DNA of 26,554 bases from Candidatus Heimdallarchaeota archaeon (GTDB lineage Archaea > Asgardarchaeota > Heimdallarchaeia > Heimdallarchaeales > Heimdallarchaeaceae). Under the pieces are notes generated by a model that was given only the letters and a program-made list of their open reading frames with translations, did not search any database and had not been told where the DNA came from. The stretch's first letter is position 1. Each line of letters opens with the position of its first letter. The stretch lies in the NCBI GenBank assembly GCA_018238545.1, contig JABCTC010000047.1, positions 1-26,554 on the forward strand, written 5' to 3'. Both the position numbers and the translations under genes were made by a program. Positions 1 through 8,981 of this stretch are shown piece after piece.

Positions 1-1
1 A

Positions 2-463
2 TCCCCTCTGTCTGTTTATCATGATATAGATATCTTGCTTAAGCATAGAGTTATTTTACATTCTTTTTTTATTCAAGCTTTAGTTGTTGTAGCTGTTTAT
101 CTCCTAACAAAAAGAAATCTTTTCTTCACTGGAGTTGTCGCTGTATATGTTTTTAGCCATATATTAATGGACATGAGCCAGTTTTATGTTGCTTGTTTTT
201 GGCCATTATCTGATGGTGTCTTCTCTTTCCATTTTGATATATTTATAAATATGTCTGACCCTTCTATGATCGATTCTGATATTTCTGGGTATTTTGAGAA
301 CAATTTTCCCAGTACAGGACTTGAACAATGGGGGACTCTAATCTCCACTTTAGGGCTGATGATGTCTTTTTGCGCTGTTCTAGTATGGATTATACACTAT
401 TACAGATTATCAAAAGATGATAAGAAAAAAATAGTCACAAAAACTAGTAGTAAATTAGTTTAG
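2..463 (+). CDS. Membrane-bound metal-dependent hydrolase (YdjM/DUF457-like), 5' truncated by the window edge
   Basis: The frame is open from nt 2 (SPLSVYHDIDILLKHRVILHSF). Motifs DID..HR..HS and FSH..MD plus several hydrophobic helices match the family pattern. Confidence 0.7.
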   Translation, partial: SPLSVYHDIDILLKHRVILHSFFIQALVVVAVYLLTKRNLFFTGVVAVYVFSHILMDMSQFYVACFWPLSDGVFSFHFDIFINMSDPSMIDSDISGYFENNFPSTGLEQWGTLISTLGLMMSFCAVLVWIIHYYRLSKDDKKKIVTKTSSKLV

Positions 464-643
464 ACTCTTTACATCATTAAGAGGTTCACGAGTGTTCTGA
501 GATTTACAACAAATGAATCTTGGAAGAACTGGATGGATTGGATATTAACAAACCAATATAGGATGTAAGAAAAAGTAGCATCAGATGAGAATTACCTTAA
601 GAGAAAATATCAAATAGAGGAAGATAAAATATAACATAATATT

Positions 644-650
644 AAGGTGA
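644..650 (+). promoter_or_regulatory. Shine-Dalgarno site AAGGTGA for the profilin gene
   Basis: AAGGTGA lies 7 nt upstream of ATG 658. Similar motifs precede atpI, atpH, the TPR gene and the MinD gene. Confidence 0.7.
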
Positions 651-657
651 TTTGTTA

Positions 658-1017
658 ATGAGCTTTGAAGAAGAAGTAGCAAAATTAGGTCAAGAAGGTA
701 CGATTGGCGTTGCCTGGCTGGTTGGAGACGATTTAAAGGTATATTATACTTACGGGGACTGGGCTGTTGATCCATTGATACCATTTAATGCATGGAAAAA
801 CCAAGATCATGCTATTGATTTTGGTGGAGGTCTCAAATTCACAGTTATTACTATGACTCCAGAAAGACTTATCTCCACAAATTTAGGTGGTCAAGGTCAC
901 ATCTGCATAAGTAGGTGTCCTAAGTGGAATGGATGTGTTGTTGCATGGTCTCCAAAAGACGTTGAGAAGAACTATGCGTATGCATCCACAGCACGTTTAG
1001 CAGCCAAGGTGGGTTAG
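658..1017 (+). CDS. Asgard-type profilin (119 aa)
   Basis: The pattern W-x-V/I ... G-x-KF-x-V ... T-x-ER-x-I-x-TN-x-x-G-x-GH (GLKFTVITMTPERLISTNLGGQGH) and the length match Asgard profilins as I recall them. ATG 658 is preferred over TTG 652 on SD spacing. Confidence 0.82.
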   Translation: MSFEEEVAKLGQEGTIGVAWLVGDDLKVYYTYGDWAVDPLIPFNAWKNQDHAIDFGGGLKFTVITMTPERLISTNLGGQGHICISRCPKWNGCVVAWSPKDVEKNYAYASTARLAAKVG

Positions 1018-1045
1018 AAAGCAACTTACCTTTAAGGTGTTTTTC

Positions 1046-1348
1046 TTGTCAATCCCTTCTTTTATTTCTGAAAAAACTGATTTTTTGATGATTACTCTTA
1101 ATGTTCATCCTAGTTCAACTCAGAAGAAAATTTTGATTACTGAACATGCTTTTGACATTTATGTGAAGGAACCTCCTGATAAAGGAAAAGCTAACAAAGC
1201 TGTAATCAAATTTCTTGCTAAATATTTTGACGTTCCTAGTTCATCTTTTTCAATAATCAAAGGATATAAATCTAAAATAAAAATCCTCACTGTTACTGAA
1301 GATAAAATGGAAGAAGTTAAAAAAACAATTATTGGAGTTATTAATTAA
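1046..1348 (+). CDS. DUF167/UPF0235 (YggU-like) protein
   Basis: Signature V-x-P-x-S ... VKEPPDKGKANKAVIKFLAKYF ... IIKGYKSKIK. TTG 1046 follows SD AAGGTG at 1034-1039 (alternative starts 1037 and 1088). Confidence 0.85.
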   Translation: MSIPSFISEKTDFLMITLNVHPSSTQKKILITEHAFDIYVKEPPDKGKANKAVIKFLAKYFDVPSSSFSIIKGYKSKIKILTVTEDKMEEVKKTIIGVIN

Positions 1349-1910
1349 GACTCATCTTTTCGAATGCTCTAATTAACTCATTTCGTTCGTTAAAGATATT
1401 CTCCAAGTTTTTGCTTTGGGACATTAGACTTGAAATGCTGATTTCTACTGTGTCAAGCATCATTTCTTCTAGATTTACTTGATTTTCAATAATTTTTTCT
1501 TTGAATTCTTCAGCATTGTCCAAAATGTCTATTTCTAATAGATATAGTATAGATAAATCGATGCCATGTTCTCCTTCTACACTCTTTACATCAAAGAAGG
1601 TACTGTATTTGTAGTCAGTGTTATCGGTCTCTCTCAGCATATCTTCAATACGTTTAGCAACTATACCTGAAGGGCCCCAGCTAGTCAATAATTGAGAATG
1701 AATCAATAGTTCGTTTACTTGAGCCATAGCGTCCTTGGAGCTACGAAGCAGGATAAAAAGCTTCTTTCTAAAAGCTCTATCGGAATTACTTCGAATTTCA
1801 AGGTCGGAATAACCTTCATAATCTGAAATGTTTGTCATTAATATCTTCAAAGCTTCAGGAATTTTGCCTTTTGTTTCATCTTTTACAGGCTTATTTTTTT
1901 TACCAAACAT
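1341..1910 (-). CDS. Conserved hypothetical alpha-helical protein (189 aa)
   Basis: Intact ORF 17 nt downstream of lig. Segments ISDYEGY..LEIRSNSDRAFR and YSTFFD resemble an uncharacterised prokaryotic family recalled from memory (IPGxxGYxxxExRRxxD...GYxxFFD). Confidence 0.7.
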   Translation of the reverse strand: MFGKKNKPVKDETKGKIPEALKILMTNISDYEGYSDLEIRSNSDRAFRKKLFILLRSSKDAMAQVNELLIHSQLLTSWGPSGIVAKRIEDMLRETDNTDYKYSTFFDVKSVEGEHGIDLSILYLLEIDILDNAEEFKEKIIENQVNLEEMMLDTVEISISSLMSQSKNLENIFNERNELIRAFEKMSLN

Positions 1911-1927
1911 TTGATGTCACTTCTAAC

Positions 1928-3697
1928 TTATTTTTTTTGATTTAAATATATTGTGTGTATTTCTTGATTTGAAGTAGAGTCTTCAGGAGCTTTATCTTCA
2001 ACAATCCTTCCTGTGAATCTTGGAAAACGAAGAGCTAATCCATCTGTTTTTTCACTCAAAAGGCCTCTTGTACAAGTATGAATCTGACTTACGGTAATTT
2101 CTGCTCCTGTTACTTCAATGACTATAGAAGGTTCAAACCAGATTTGGCATTCTGTGTCACTTACAACTTCCTTGGGTTTTGCTCTTTCCAATTTCTTGAG
2201 AACATCGTAAAAATATTGAAGGTTCTTATCACTAAAACCGGTGGCAACTTTTGTAAACGTTCTATATACAGCATCGTCCTGATCAAAGCAACCAACTAGG
2301 AAAGTACCATACGACCCCGCTCTCTTGCCTTTACCATAATCAGCACCTAACATGACAAGATCGAATGAATCTGATAGTTTGTCAACATAATCAGCTTTGT
2401 ATTTTACCCAATTCCAACCTCTCGCTCCAGCTTGATAGAAAGAACCTTTTGAAATATCCTTTCCCATTACTCCTTCACAGCCGTTTTCTAGAGCTTGTTG
2501 AAAGAATTTTTCGATATCATCTGAATTTTCTGCAATTGTCTGATGAGAAAATTGTATGTTATCATTCGTCTCAACAAGTTTTTCCATTAACTTCCTCCTG
2601 TCTAGATAATCGCTTTCTATCTCTGATTTTCCAAAAGCAAAAAGTGAATCAAAAAGATAAACTCTTACTGGAACCTCTCCGATTTTCTTGTCGATATCGT
2701 GCTTTCTTTTCCTTTGTGAAACATGTTGAAAAGGTAGTATTTTGTCTTTCTGTAAATCGTAAGCAACAATTTCTCCCTCGATGATGAACTCATCTTCTTT
2801 GGCAGCATCATTAATGAATTCAATGACATCAGGGAATTGGTGTGTGATATCTTCAGGTTTTCTGGAAAATAACTTGATTTTTGAGCCCTTTTTATGTATT
2901 TGAACACGCAATCCATCATATTTGTACTCTAGCGAAACCTTCCCTCCAAATCTTTCCAACAATTCTTCTGAGCTTGAAACTCTTTGTGCTAGCATGACTC
3001 TTATAGGATTAAAAATTTTTACTTCAACTTTTTTTATACTCTCTAAACCTTGTGAAAAAAGTGACGATGCAACAAACTCTATATCAGATGTCCTGTTATA
3101 AGCTCTTTCTAGAATATCTTTGTTTTCTCTAGTGCCTGTTTTTGCTAGAGACAGAGCTTCTAGTAGTAATTGAGTTGCAACTCCTAATCTTAATTGACCG
3201 CAAACCATCCTAATTATGTATCTTGCTTCCAGTGGGGAAACTTTAGAAATAAGACCAGATAGCGTTCTAATCTTCCTGTCTGATGATCCTTCTCCAGACA
3301 TTTTCGCTATAGAATCGAAAATTTCCCATATGTCTAGAACATTTAGCTCTTGCCGTTCTTCTTGTTTAGTAAATGCTAACAGAGTTGATTGAGGTTTTTT
3401 TTCTAATAGCTGGTGAGCTGTTTCCCCTAAATCGCCAATTTCATCGAGTAGGGTTTGAACAGATTTATCACTTTTACCTGTAGCTATCCCTAAGGACTTA
3501 ATTGCCATTCTTTCAGCTAGCATCAGTTCAATTCCAATAAAATCTGGATATAGTTTACCTAGAGTTAAGAGAGCAATTTTTCCGATCTCTTTAGAATCAG
3601 AATCTTTTATTGTCTCTGCTAAAATGTCGACCATTTCAAGATTTTTCCGTGTTTTTTCCAATTTGAAATAACACTGCGATAATTCTTTGAATTCCAC
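1928..3697 (-). CDS. lig: ATP-dependent DNA ligase (archaeal type)
   Basis: Motif I EYKYDGLR, motif III IEGEIV, IIIa YLFD, IV EGVMGK, V WVKYK and VI LRFPRF are present, with an N-terminal DNA-binding domain. 589 aa, GTG start. Confidence 0.97.
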   Translation of the reverse strand: MEFKELSQCYFKLEKTRKNLEMVDILAETIKDSDSKEIGKIALLTLGKLYPDFIGIELMLAERMAIKSLGIATGKSDKSVQTLLDEIGDLGETAHQLLEKKPQSTLLAFTKQEERQELNVLDIWEIFDSIAKMSGEGSSDRKIRTLSGLISKVSPLEARYIIRMVCGQLRLGVATQLLLEALSLAKTGTRENKDILERAYNRTSDIEFVASSLFSQGLESIKKVEVKIFNPIRVMLAQRVSSSEELLERFGGKVSLEYKYDGLRVQIHKKGSKIKLFSRKPEDITHQFPDVIEFINDAAKEDEFIIEGEIVAYDLQKDKILPFQHVSQRKRKHDIDKKIGEVPVRVYLFDSLFAFGKSEIESDYLDRRKLMEKLVETNDNIQFSHQTIAENSDDIEKFFQQALENGCEGVMGKDISKGSFYQAGARGWNWVKYKADYVDKLSDSFDLVMLGADYGKGKRAGSYGTFLVGCFDQDDAVYRTFTKVATGFSDKNLQYFYDVLKKLERAKPKEVVSDTECQIWFEPSIVIEVTGAEITVSQIHTCTRGLLSEKTDGLALRFPRFTGRIVEDKAPEDSTSNQEIHTIYLNQKK

Positions 3698-3708
3698 ATA
3701 AATCTATC

Positions 3709-5067
3709 CTAGAATATTCTTTTCTTGCCTTTTCCCTCTTTTATTTCAAGAACAATTTCACTCATTAGATGAATAAGATTTGCACTTAAAACGTCGACAC
3801 TATTCTTTAGTTCTTTTATTGCATCTACAACTTCTGTTAAATCAGATTTTTGCAAATGTTGAGAAACTACTGGTACTTGGCTGCTTGTTTGTATTTGTTC
3901 CTCCAAAGTTTCATCAAAAACTAGTACCTCTTTCTCAAACCTATCAGCTTGTGTTGGTAAAGGAATTGAAGACTTATCGGTTCTACTATCCTTGAGTTCT
4001 TGTTTCTTCTCGGTTTCACCTTTTCGTTTCTCTTTCTCTCGTATTTTCTCTAAATATGGTAATATTTGAGAATAATCAACGCCTTTTCTTCTTGCCATAT
4101 CTGTAAGAAGAATATCTCTATATCCTGGATCTTCTATGTTGAGTTCAGAAATATCTTTTTCTAAATCTTGAATTATTGCAATTGCACGATAGATATCATC
4201 TTTAGAGAGTTTAATTTCTGTTTTTTCCTCTTTTGGCTCTTTTATTCTCATTTCTTTTTTTAGTTCCTGAACGATTGATGTTGGAGTGACAACAGGAATG
4301 GGCGCATGTGTTTCGGGAACAGGTGGTTGTTGAAGAGAAGTTTTACTAGGTTTTTCTGGTTCTGGTTCTGGTTCTTCTTCAGTAATTTCTTCAGTTTCAC
4401 CCATTGGTACCTCAGAAATGAAGTTGAAAATATTGGTAGCTAATTTCTTATTGCCCCTCAGTTTCAAACCTGATTTTAAATCAGAAAACATTAAATAAGA
4501 TCCACCAACCAAAACTGTCCCTAACCCATAAGAAGCGATAGCTAAAACTGTTACACTTGGAGGGTCACTATCCGAAGATGTTCTTGCTAGTTCTATTCCT
4601 TTCTTTCCTATGTTGATTGAACATCCTGATACCATTGTAACATCTTTAATCCCTTTGGTAATGGAATGGTCGAAGAATTTGCTGATAACTGGGTTACTTT
4701 CTAGTTTTAAGTCGTAGTTTTTATAATCAAAAATCTGGTTTGCTACAATTTCCATATCAAAATGCTTCAAAAGCGTATTCATATTGGTGTTTAATCCTCT
4801 ATCTCCACCAGCATTAGCAAAAATTGCTACAGAACCACCCTCATCTAAAAATCTTAAGAGTGCTTTAACTTCATGTCCATACAATTTTGAACCATCAGGA
4901 CATAGAAATACAAGAATATCATATTTTGAAATTACTGTATATTTAATTGGAAATGTGTCTAAGCGGTTGACTTGATGTCCTGAATCTTCAAGTGTTTCAG
5001 CTAATTTTCGAAAATTATCAAAAATAAGACCTCTTTCTTTTTGGGTTTCGTCAAACAAAATTCTCAT
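3709..5067 (-). CDS. GIFT (GldG/IFT52-like) domain protein with a Pro/Glu-rich linker and helical C-terminus
   Basis: The first ~220 aa show ILFD..KE, FLDEGGSVAIFANAGG..NTNMNTLL and GTVLVGGSYLMFSD..N. An EEEPEPEPEKP linker and charged helices follow. No signal peptide or TM helix is visible. Confidence 0.7.
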   Translation of the reverse strand: MRILFDETQKERGLIFDNFRKLAETLEDSGHQVNRLDTFPIKYTVISKYDILVFLCPDGSKLYGHEVKALLRFLDEGGSVAIFANAGGDRGLNTNMNTLLKHFDMEIVANQIFDYKNYDLKLESNPVISKFFDHSITKGIKDVTMVSGCSINIGKKGIELARTSSDSDPPSVTVLAIASYGLGTVLVGGSYLMFSDLKSGLKLRGNKKLATNIFNFISEVPMGETEEITEEEPEPEPEKPSKTSLQQPPVPETHAPIPVVTPTSIVQELKKEMRIKEPKEEKTEIKLSKDDIYRAIAIIQDLEKDISELNIEDPGYRDILLTDMARRKGVDYSQILPYLEKIREKEKRKGETEKKQELKDSRTDKSSIPLPTQADRFEKEVLVFDETLEEQIQTSSQVPVVSQHLQKSDLTEVVDAIKELKNSVDVLSANLIHLMSEIVLEIKEGKGKKRIF

Positions 5068-5264
5068 GTTAACACCTTGTAATTTTAAATAATCTCTGCG
5101 ACTCTATTGAGAATAGTTAAAGATTAATAAATATAAGTTTGATGTTGGTGAAAACATCCCAAAAAAGATTATAAACGTTCTAATGCAGTGTTTTTTAACG
5201 AAAAACTTCACATCACTTAAACTTTAATATAGGTTGCTTCCAAATATAATTGTCCGGTGAGTAA
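5068..5264. promoter_or_regulatory. Divergent promoter region between the GIFT-lig operon and the MinD-like gene
   Basis: 197-bp AT-rich intergenic region. TATA-like TTTAATAT at 5223-5230 and SD GGTGA at 5256-5260 on +. SD AAGGTG at 5073-5078 on -. Confidence 0.45.
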
Positions 5265-6131
5265 ATGTCGAAATTCGATTTTAGTAATCAGAGTAATCTT
5301 TCTTCAACAAGGCTTGATATCATAATTCTCCATTCTCAGAAAGGTGGACCTGGAAAAACAACCCTTTCATGTAACATTGCAAAAGAACTGGCTAGAAGAG
5401 GTAATAAAACAGCAATAATAGATCTTGACATTGCACAACCGACAATACAGCACATATTTAACATAAAGGATAAAAAAATAAAACACACGATTAACGATAT
5501 TCTTCTTGGAGAAACTTCTGTATCTGAGGATGTCTTAAATAAAACAGATGACCCCAATTTATTTGTAATTGTAGCTAAAGAAAACGTAGAATATGGTGAA
5601 GGTTTACTTTCCATGTTAGAAGATATTCAGAAACATTCTTTCTTTGCTCTACATGAAATGACAAAGTTCCTATTAAGAATGGGCTTTAGATATGTGATTT
5701 ATGATTGTGCTCCTGGATATAAGCTTGAGTCAGTAAATGCTGCCGCTATAGCAGATGCTAGAATTTTTGTTTTAAGACCTTCTACTTTTAGTTATGAAGG
5801 AGCAAAGCAGATGCTTAATGATATCTACAAGAAGCTTAATATTCGTTCTCTAAATTTCTTTGTTTTCAATCAACTCCCCCCTAATCTAAAAAAAGAAAGC
5901 CAAAATTTGCTTAATTCATGGAGAGACGGGATAGTAAAACTTTATGAACCTGAAACTATGAACTTTCTTGACTTTCTTCCAATTTCTCATGAAATTATGG
6001 AGATGGCTCTCAAAGGAGAGTATATCTTTCCAGTATCAGATCCAATGTATGAAAAACTCACTAAAATAGTTGATACTGTTGTTGAAGCTATTGATGAGAT
6101 GAAAAAGGCAAAACTAAAAGAAGAGAAATGA
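5265..6131 (+). CDS. MinD/ParA-family (SIMIBI) ATPase
   Basis: Deviant Walker A SQKGGPGKTT, switch I IDLDIAQP and Walker B YVIYDCAPG. Confidence 0.9.
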   Translation: MSKFDFSNQSNLSSTRLDIIILHSQKGGPGKTTLSCNIAKELARRGNKTAIIDLDIAQPTIQHIFNIKDKKIKHTINDILLGETSVSEDVLNKTDDPNLFVIVAKENVEYGEGLLSMLEDIQKHSFFALHEMTKFLLRMGFRYVIYDCAPGYKLESVNAAAIADARIFVLRPSTFSYEGAKQMLNDIYKKLNIRSLNFFVFNQLPPNLKKESQNLLNSWRDGIVKLYEPETMNFLDFLPISHEIMEMALKGEYIFPVSDPMYEKLTKIVDTVVEAIDEMKKAKLKEEK

Positions 6132-6186
6132 TTTTCCTCTGCATCTGTGCTAAATTTTATATGTCACGATGTATTTATTATTATTG

Positions 6187-7170
6187 ATGAGCCAAATTGT
6201 TAAATTTCAATGTCCACATTGCAATGCACCTGTGGATGTTAATCCAGAAGATGCAGTGTTTAATTGTAATTCATGTGGTCAGGCTTTCTTGGCAGATGGG
6301 ACTGAATTCAAAAATCACTACATTCTCGACAACAAGCATAACCAGAACCAAATTCGAGACATTGTAAAGGGATTTATAAAGAAAAAAGGTTTCATGAGAG
6401 GGATTAAAGGTTACAAAATAACCAAACTTGAACCCATATTGATGCCATTTTGGGTAGCAACATCAGATGCTTATACTCACTATGTTGGGTATAAGAGATA
6501 CTCAGAAACAAGAACACGTACTGTAGGTTCAGGTAAAAATAGAAGAACTGTAACAGAAAGTGTGACAGTCTATCGTCCCGTTGATCAAGAAATTAGAGAA
6601 AAAAGAGCAGATGTTCTTCTAGGGAGAAGAGGAAGCTCTATGTATGGATATAGAAAAGTCAAACAGATTCTCCAAAGTGAATTTTCTCGTGCTGTTCCTT
6701 TCAACCATGATAGGTTGATGAATACTGAGAAAGAGTTTGAATATCTATCCACAGAAATTTCTTTAGATGCTGCGAATCAGTTAGCAAAAACTGCTGTTTT
6801 TGATGAACATAGATCAAGAGCAGAGAGAGCTTGTACTAAAGTATTTGACTGTGCCACACAAATAGCTTATACTGGTACATACTTCGTTCATACACCTGTG
6901 TGGCAAATTGAATATGTTTTTCAAGATGAGACTTACAGAATAGCTATTCTTGGAAGCAGTGGTAAAATTATAGCAGGAGAGATTCCTGTTACAACTCGAT
7001 TCAGAATGACATTCCTTGGAATTACAACCTTACTATTCTTAGGTGGAGGTGTTGGAAGTTATTTCTTAGGTGCTGATTATATAATACCCATTATTATTGG
7101 GGTTGTTGTCGCAATTATGGGTTTCTTCACGCTGAAAAACGTGTTTAAAACCGTGACGGTGGTGGATTAA
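6187..7170 (+). CDS. Zn-ribbon membrane protein (YdjG-like), paralogue 1
   Basis: N-terminal CPHC..CNSC, LMPFW, PVWQIEY...G.SGKIIAGEIP and two C-terminal TM helices. ATG 6187 is preferred because TATA-like TTTTATAT at 6155-6162 gives leaderless spacing (ORF track starts at 6169). Confidence 0.7.
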   Translation: MSQIVKFQCPHCNAPVDVNPEDAVFNCNSCGQAFLADGTEFKNHYILDNKHNQNQIRDIVKGFIKKKGFMRGIKGYKITKLEPILMPFWVATSDAYTHYVGYKRYSETRTRTVGSGKNRRTVTESVTVYRPVDQEIREKRADVLLGRRGSSMYGYRKVKQILQSEFSRAVPFNHDRLMNTEKEFEYLSTEISLDAANQLAKTAVFDEHRSRAERACTKVFDCATQIAYTGTYFVHTPVWQIEYVFQDETYRIAILGSSGKIIAGEIPVTTRFRMTFLGITTLLFLGGGVGSYFLGADYIIPIIIGVVVAIMGFFTLKNVFKTVTVVD

Positions 7171-7171
7171 A

Positions 7172-8164
7172 ATGAAAAGTATAATGTGCCCAAACTGTGC
7201 AGCTCCTTTAGAATTGGAGGATACTCAAACTCATGTAACCTGTCCTTTCTGTAGCGTTACAAGCGAGTTGAAGAAAGTTGATCAATTGATTGAACATTAT
7301 ATGCTGCCAGTAGTATATGATGTGGAACAAATTAGGACAGAATTAGCTGGTGACATTCTTAAAAGCCCAGGTACTCCTGATGATTTACACAAATCACTTA
7401 ACTTGAAGAAAGTTGATTTGAAATTCTATCCTTACTATATTGTAACCGTACACCTTAGAACTGAATACAAAGGTAATGGTGAATACGCAACATTCCATCA
7501 TCGTTACAAATCAGGATATAAGAGCATTGACATCCATCTCAAACCTGAACAAGGCGTTTTTGATGATGAGCGAGAATTCATAATTTGGGGTCCAAAAGAG
7601 ATTATCAACGATTTAATCAATTTCGAAATCTCCACACGTGGTAAGAGATACTTCCAAGCTTTAGAAGCTAAAAAAGTGAAAGCGAAAGTTGTGAAAACTG
7701 TGTTAGACGTGGAACAAGCTAAAGTCCAAGCTGTTGCTACTATGCGCGACATCCATAAGGGATTGATGTACAAAGAATTAGCTCAAATTCACGAAGTCAA
7801 AGACAAACCTGAAGTTAAGGGAATATATCTGTTGCACATACCATTCTACTTCTTAGAATTCGAAGTAAACAATAAGATGTATAAAGCAACCATGGATGCA
7901 GCAACTGGACGAACAGTAATCACACAAATACCTAGAGAGGGATCCTATTGGGTTATGATAGGTCTGTTATCCGCATTCTTTGGGATTATAGGAATCGCAG
8001 GTATATACTTTGCTGTTGCAGCTTCGCAAGATGCTTCATTTTTTGGCTTAGGTATAAACTGGGTTGGCATTTTTGCTGCAATTACAGGAATAGTATTCAC
8101 TGTGCGGACATTACTTCTAGGGCTTAGAACTAAATACAGAGAAACTAGAAGAAAGAAACGATAG
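7172..8164 (+). CDS. Zn-ribbon membrane protein (YdjG-like), paralogue 2
   Basis: N-terminal CPNC..CPFC, FYPYY, HIPFYFLEF...DAATGRTVITQIP and two C-terminal TM helices with a basic tail. It starts 1 nt after the paralogue 1 stop. Confidence 0.7.
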   Translation: MKSIMCPNCAAPLELEDTQTHVTCPFCSVTSELKKVDQLIEHYMLPVVYDVEQIRTELAGDILKSPGTPDDLHKSLNLKKVDLKFYPYYIVTVHLRTEYKGNGEYATFHHRYKSGYKSIDIHLKPEQGVFDDEREFIIWGPKEIINDLINFEISTRGKRYFQALEAKKVKAKVVKTVLDVEQAKVQAVATMRDIHKGLMYKELAQIHEVKDKPEVKGIYLLHIPFYFLEFEVNNKMYKATMDAATGRTVITQIPREGSYWVMIGLLSAFFGIIGIAGIYFAVAASQDASFFGLGINWVGIFAAITGIVFTVRTLLLGLRTKYRETRRKKR

Positions 8165-8180
8165 AGTGAAAATTTTTAAA

Positions 8181-8201
8181 TTCCTCTTTTTTCTTTTATT
8201 T
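8181..8201 (+). terminator. Possible oligo-T terminator after the Zn-ribbon pair
   Basis: Pyrimidine/T-rich tract TTCCTCTTTTTTCTTTTATTT just downstream of the stop at 8164. Confidence 0.3.
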
Positions 8202-8228
8202 ACTTATCAATAATGATGCTGGTTAATT

Positions 8229-8972
8229 ATGGAAGAAAAAGTTCCTATATTTGTTGACTTTGGTGGTACTCTTGTCGATACAATTGATATAACAGTAGAG
8301 GTGTTTGAAGAAGTTTTGGGAAAGAAATTTTCTCATGATCAAGTTAAGAAAATGTACAAAGAAGCTTCTAGAAGAAAAATGAGCATGTTCATGTTTTTTA
8401 AATATCCAGTGAACCCTATTAAGCTCTATCTAAGAAAGAAGCAACTTCGACAATTACAAATAGAGAAATTTTTAGAAATCAAGAAATTAATACCTGAGAT
8501 AGAAGAGACACTCCAAAAAATTAAGAAACTTAAAAACATTGAACTTGTACTAGTTACACAAAACCCAACAATGGAAGATGAAGAGGTTGCTAATAAGGTT
8601 CTTCAGAATCTATTTGGTGATGATATGCCTTTTGATTTCCTATTAGCAGGTGAAGATAAAGTTGAATTGATTGCTACCAATTATGATACTGAAACTATTT
8701 CCAGATCAGTTTTAATAGGGGATTTGCCAAATGATGTCTTTGTTGCTAAAATTCTCCAAATTCCTTGTTTTGGCGTAACTTGGGGATACTCAGATGAGAG
8801 AGAACTTGATACTCCATTTATTGCTGATGAAGCTCATGAGTTATTAGATTTAGTCAAAGATCATCTAGAAGATTTAAAGGAAGACAAGGAAAAAGATGAT
8901 GCAATTGAAGAAATAGAGTTTGATGAATCTTTCCCTGAACTGAAAAAAGATTATGAACTTATTGGTGAATAA
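8229..8972 (+). CDS. HAD-superfamily hydrolase (phosphoglycolate-phosphatase-like) with an acidic tail
   Basis: Motif I variant VDFGGTLVD, motif II VTQN, motif IV IGDLPND and GVTWGY. The C-terminal ~40 aa are D/E/K-rich. Confidence 0.85.
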   Translation: MEEKVPIFVDFGGTLVDTIDITVEVFEEVLGKKFSHDQVKKMYKEASRRKMSMFMFFKYPVNPIKLYLRKKQLRQLQIEKFLEIKKLIPEIEETLQKIKKLKNIELVLVTQNPTMEDEEVANKVLQNLFGDDMPFDFLLAGEDKVELIATNYDTETISRSVLIGDLPNDVFVAKILQIPCFGVTWGYSDERELDTPFIADEAHELLDLVKDHLEDLKEDKEKDDAIEEIEFDESFPELKKDYELIGE

Positions 8973-8981
8973 GAATACCTG

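Noticed and set aside
4350-4400. GGTTCT-type short tandem repeat
   Set aside because: It encodes the EEEPEPEPE linker of the GIFT protein and is not an independent repeat element.
5265-6131. Plasmid or provirus partition system
   Set aside because: There is no ParB, integrase or replication gene nearby, and the context is chromosomal housekeeping genes.
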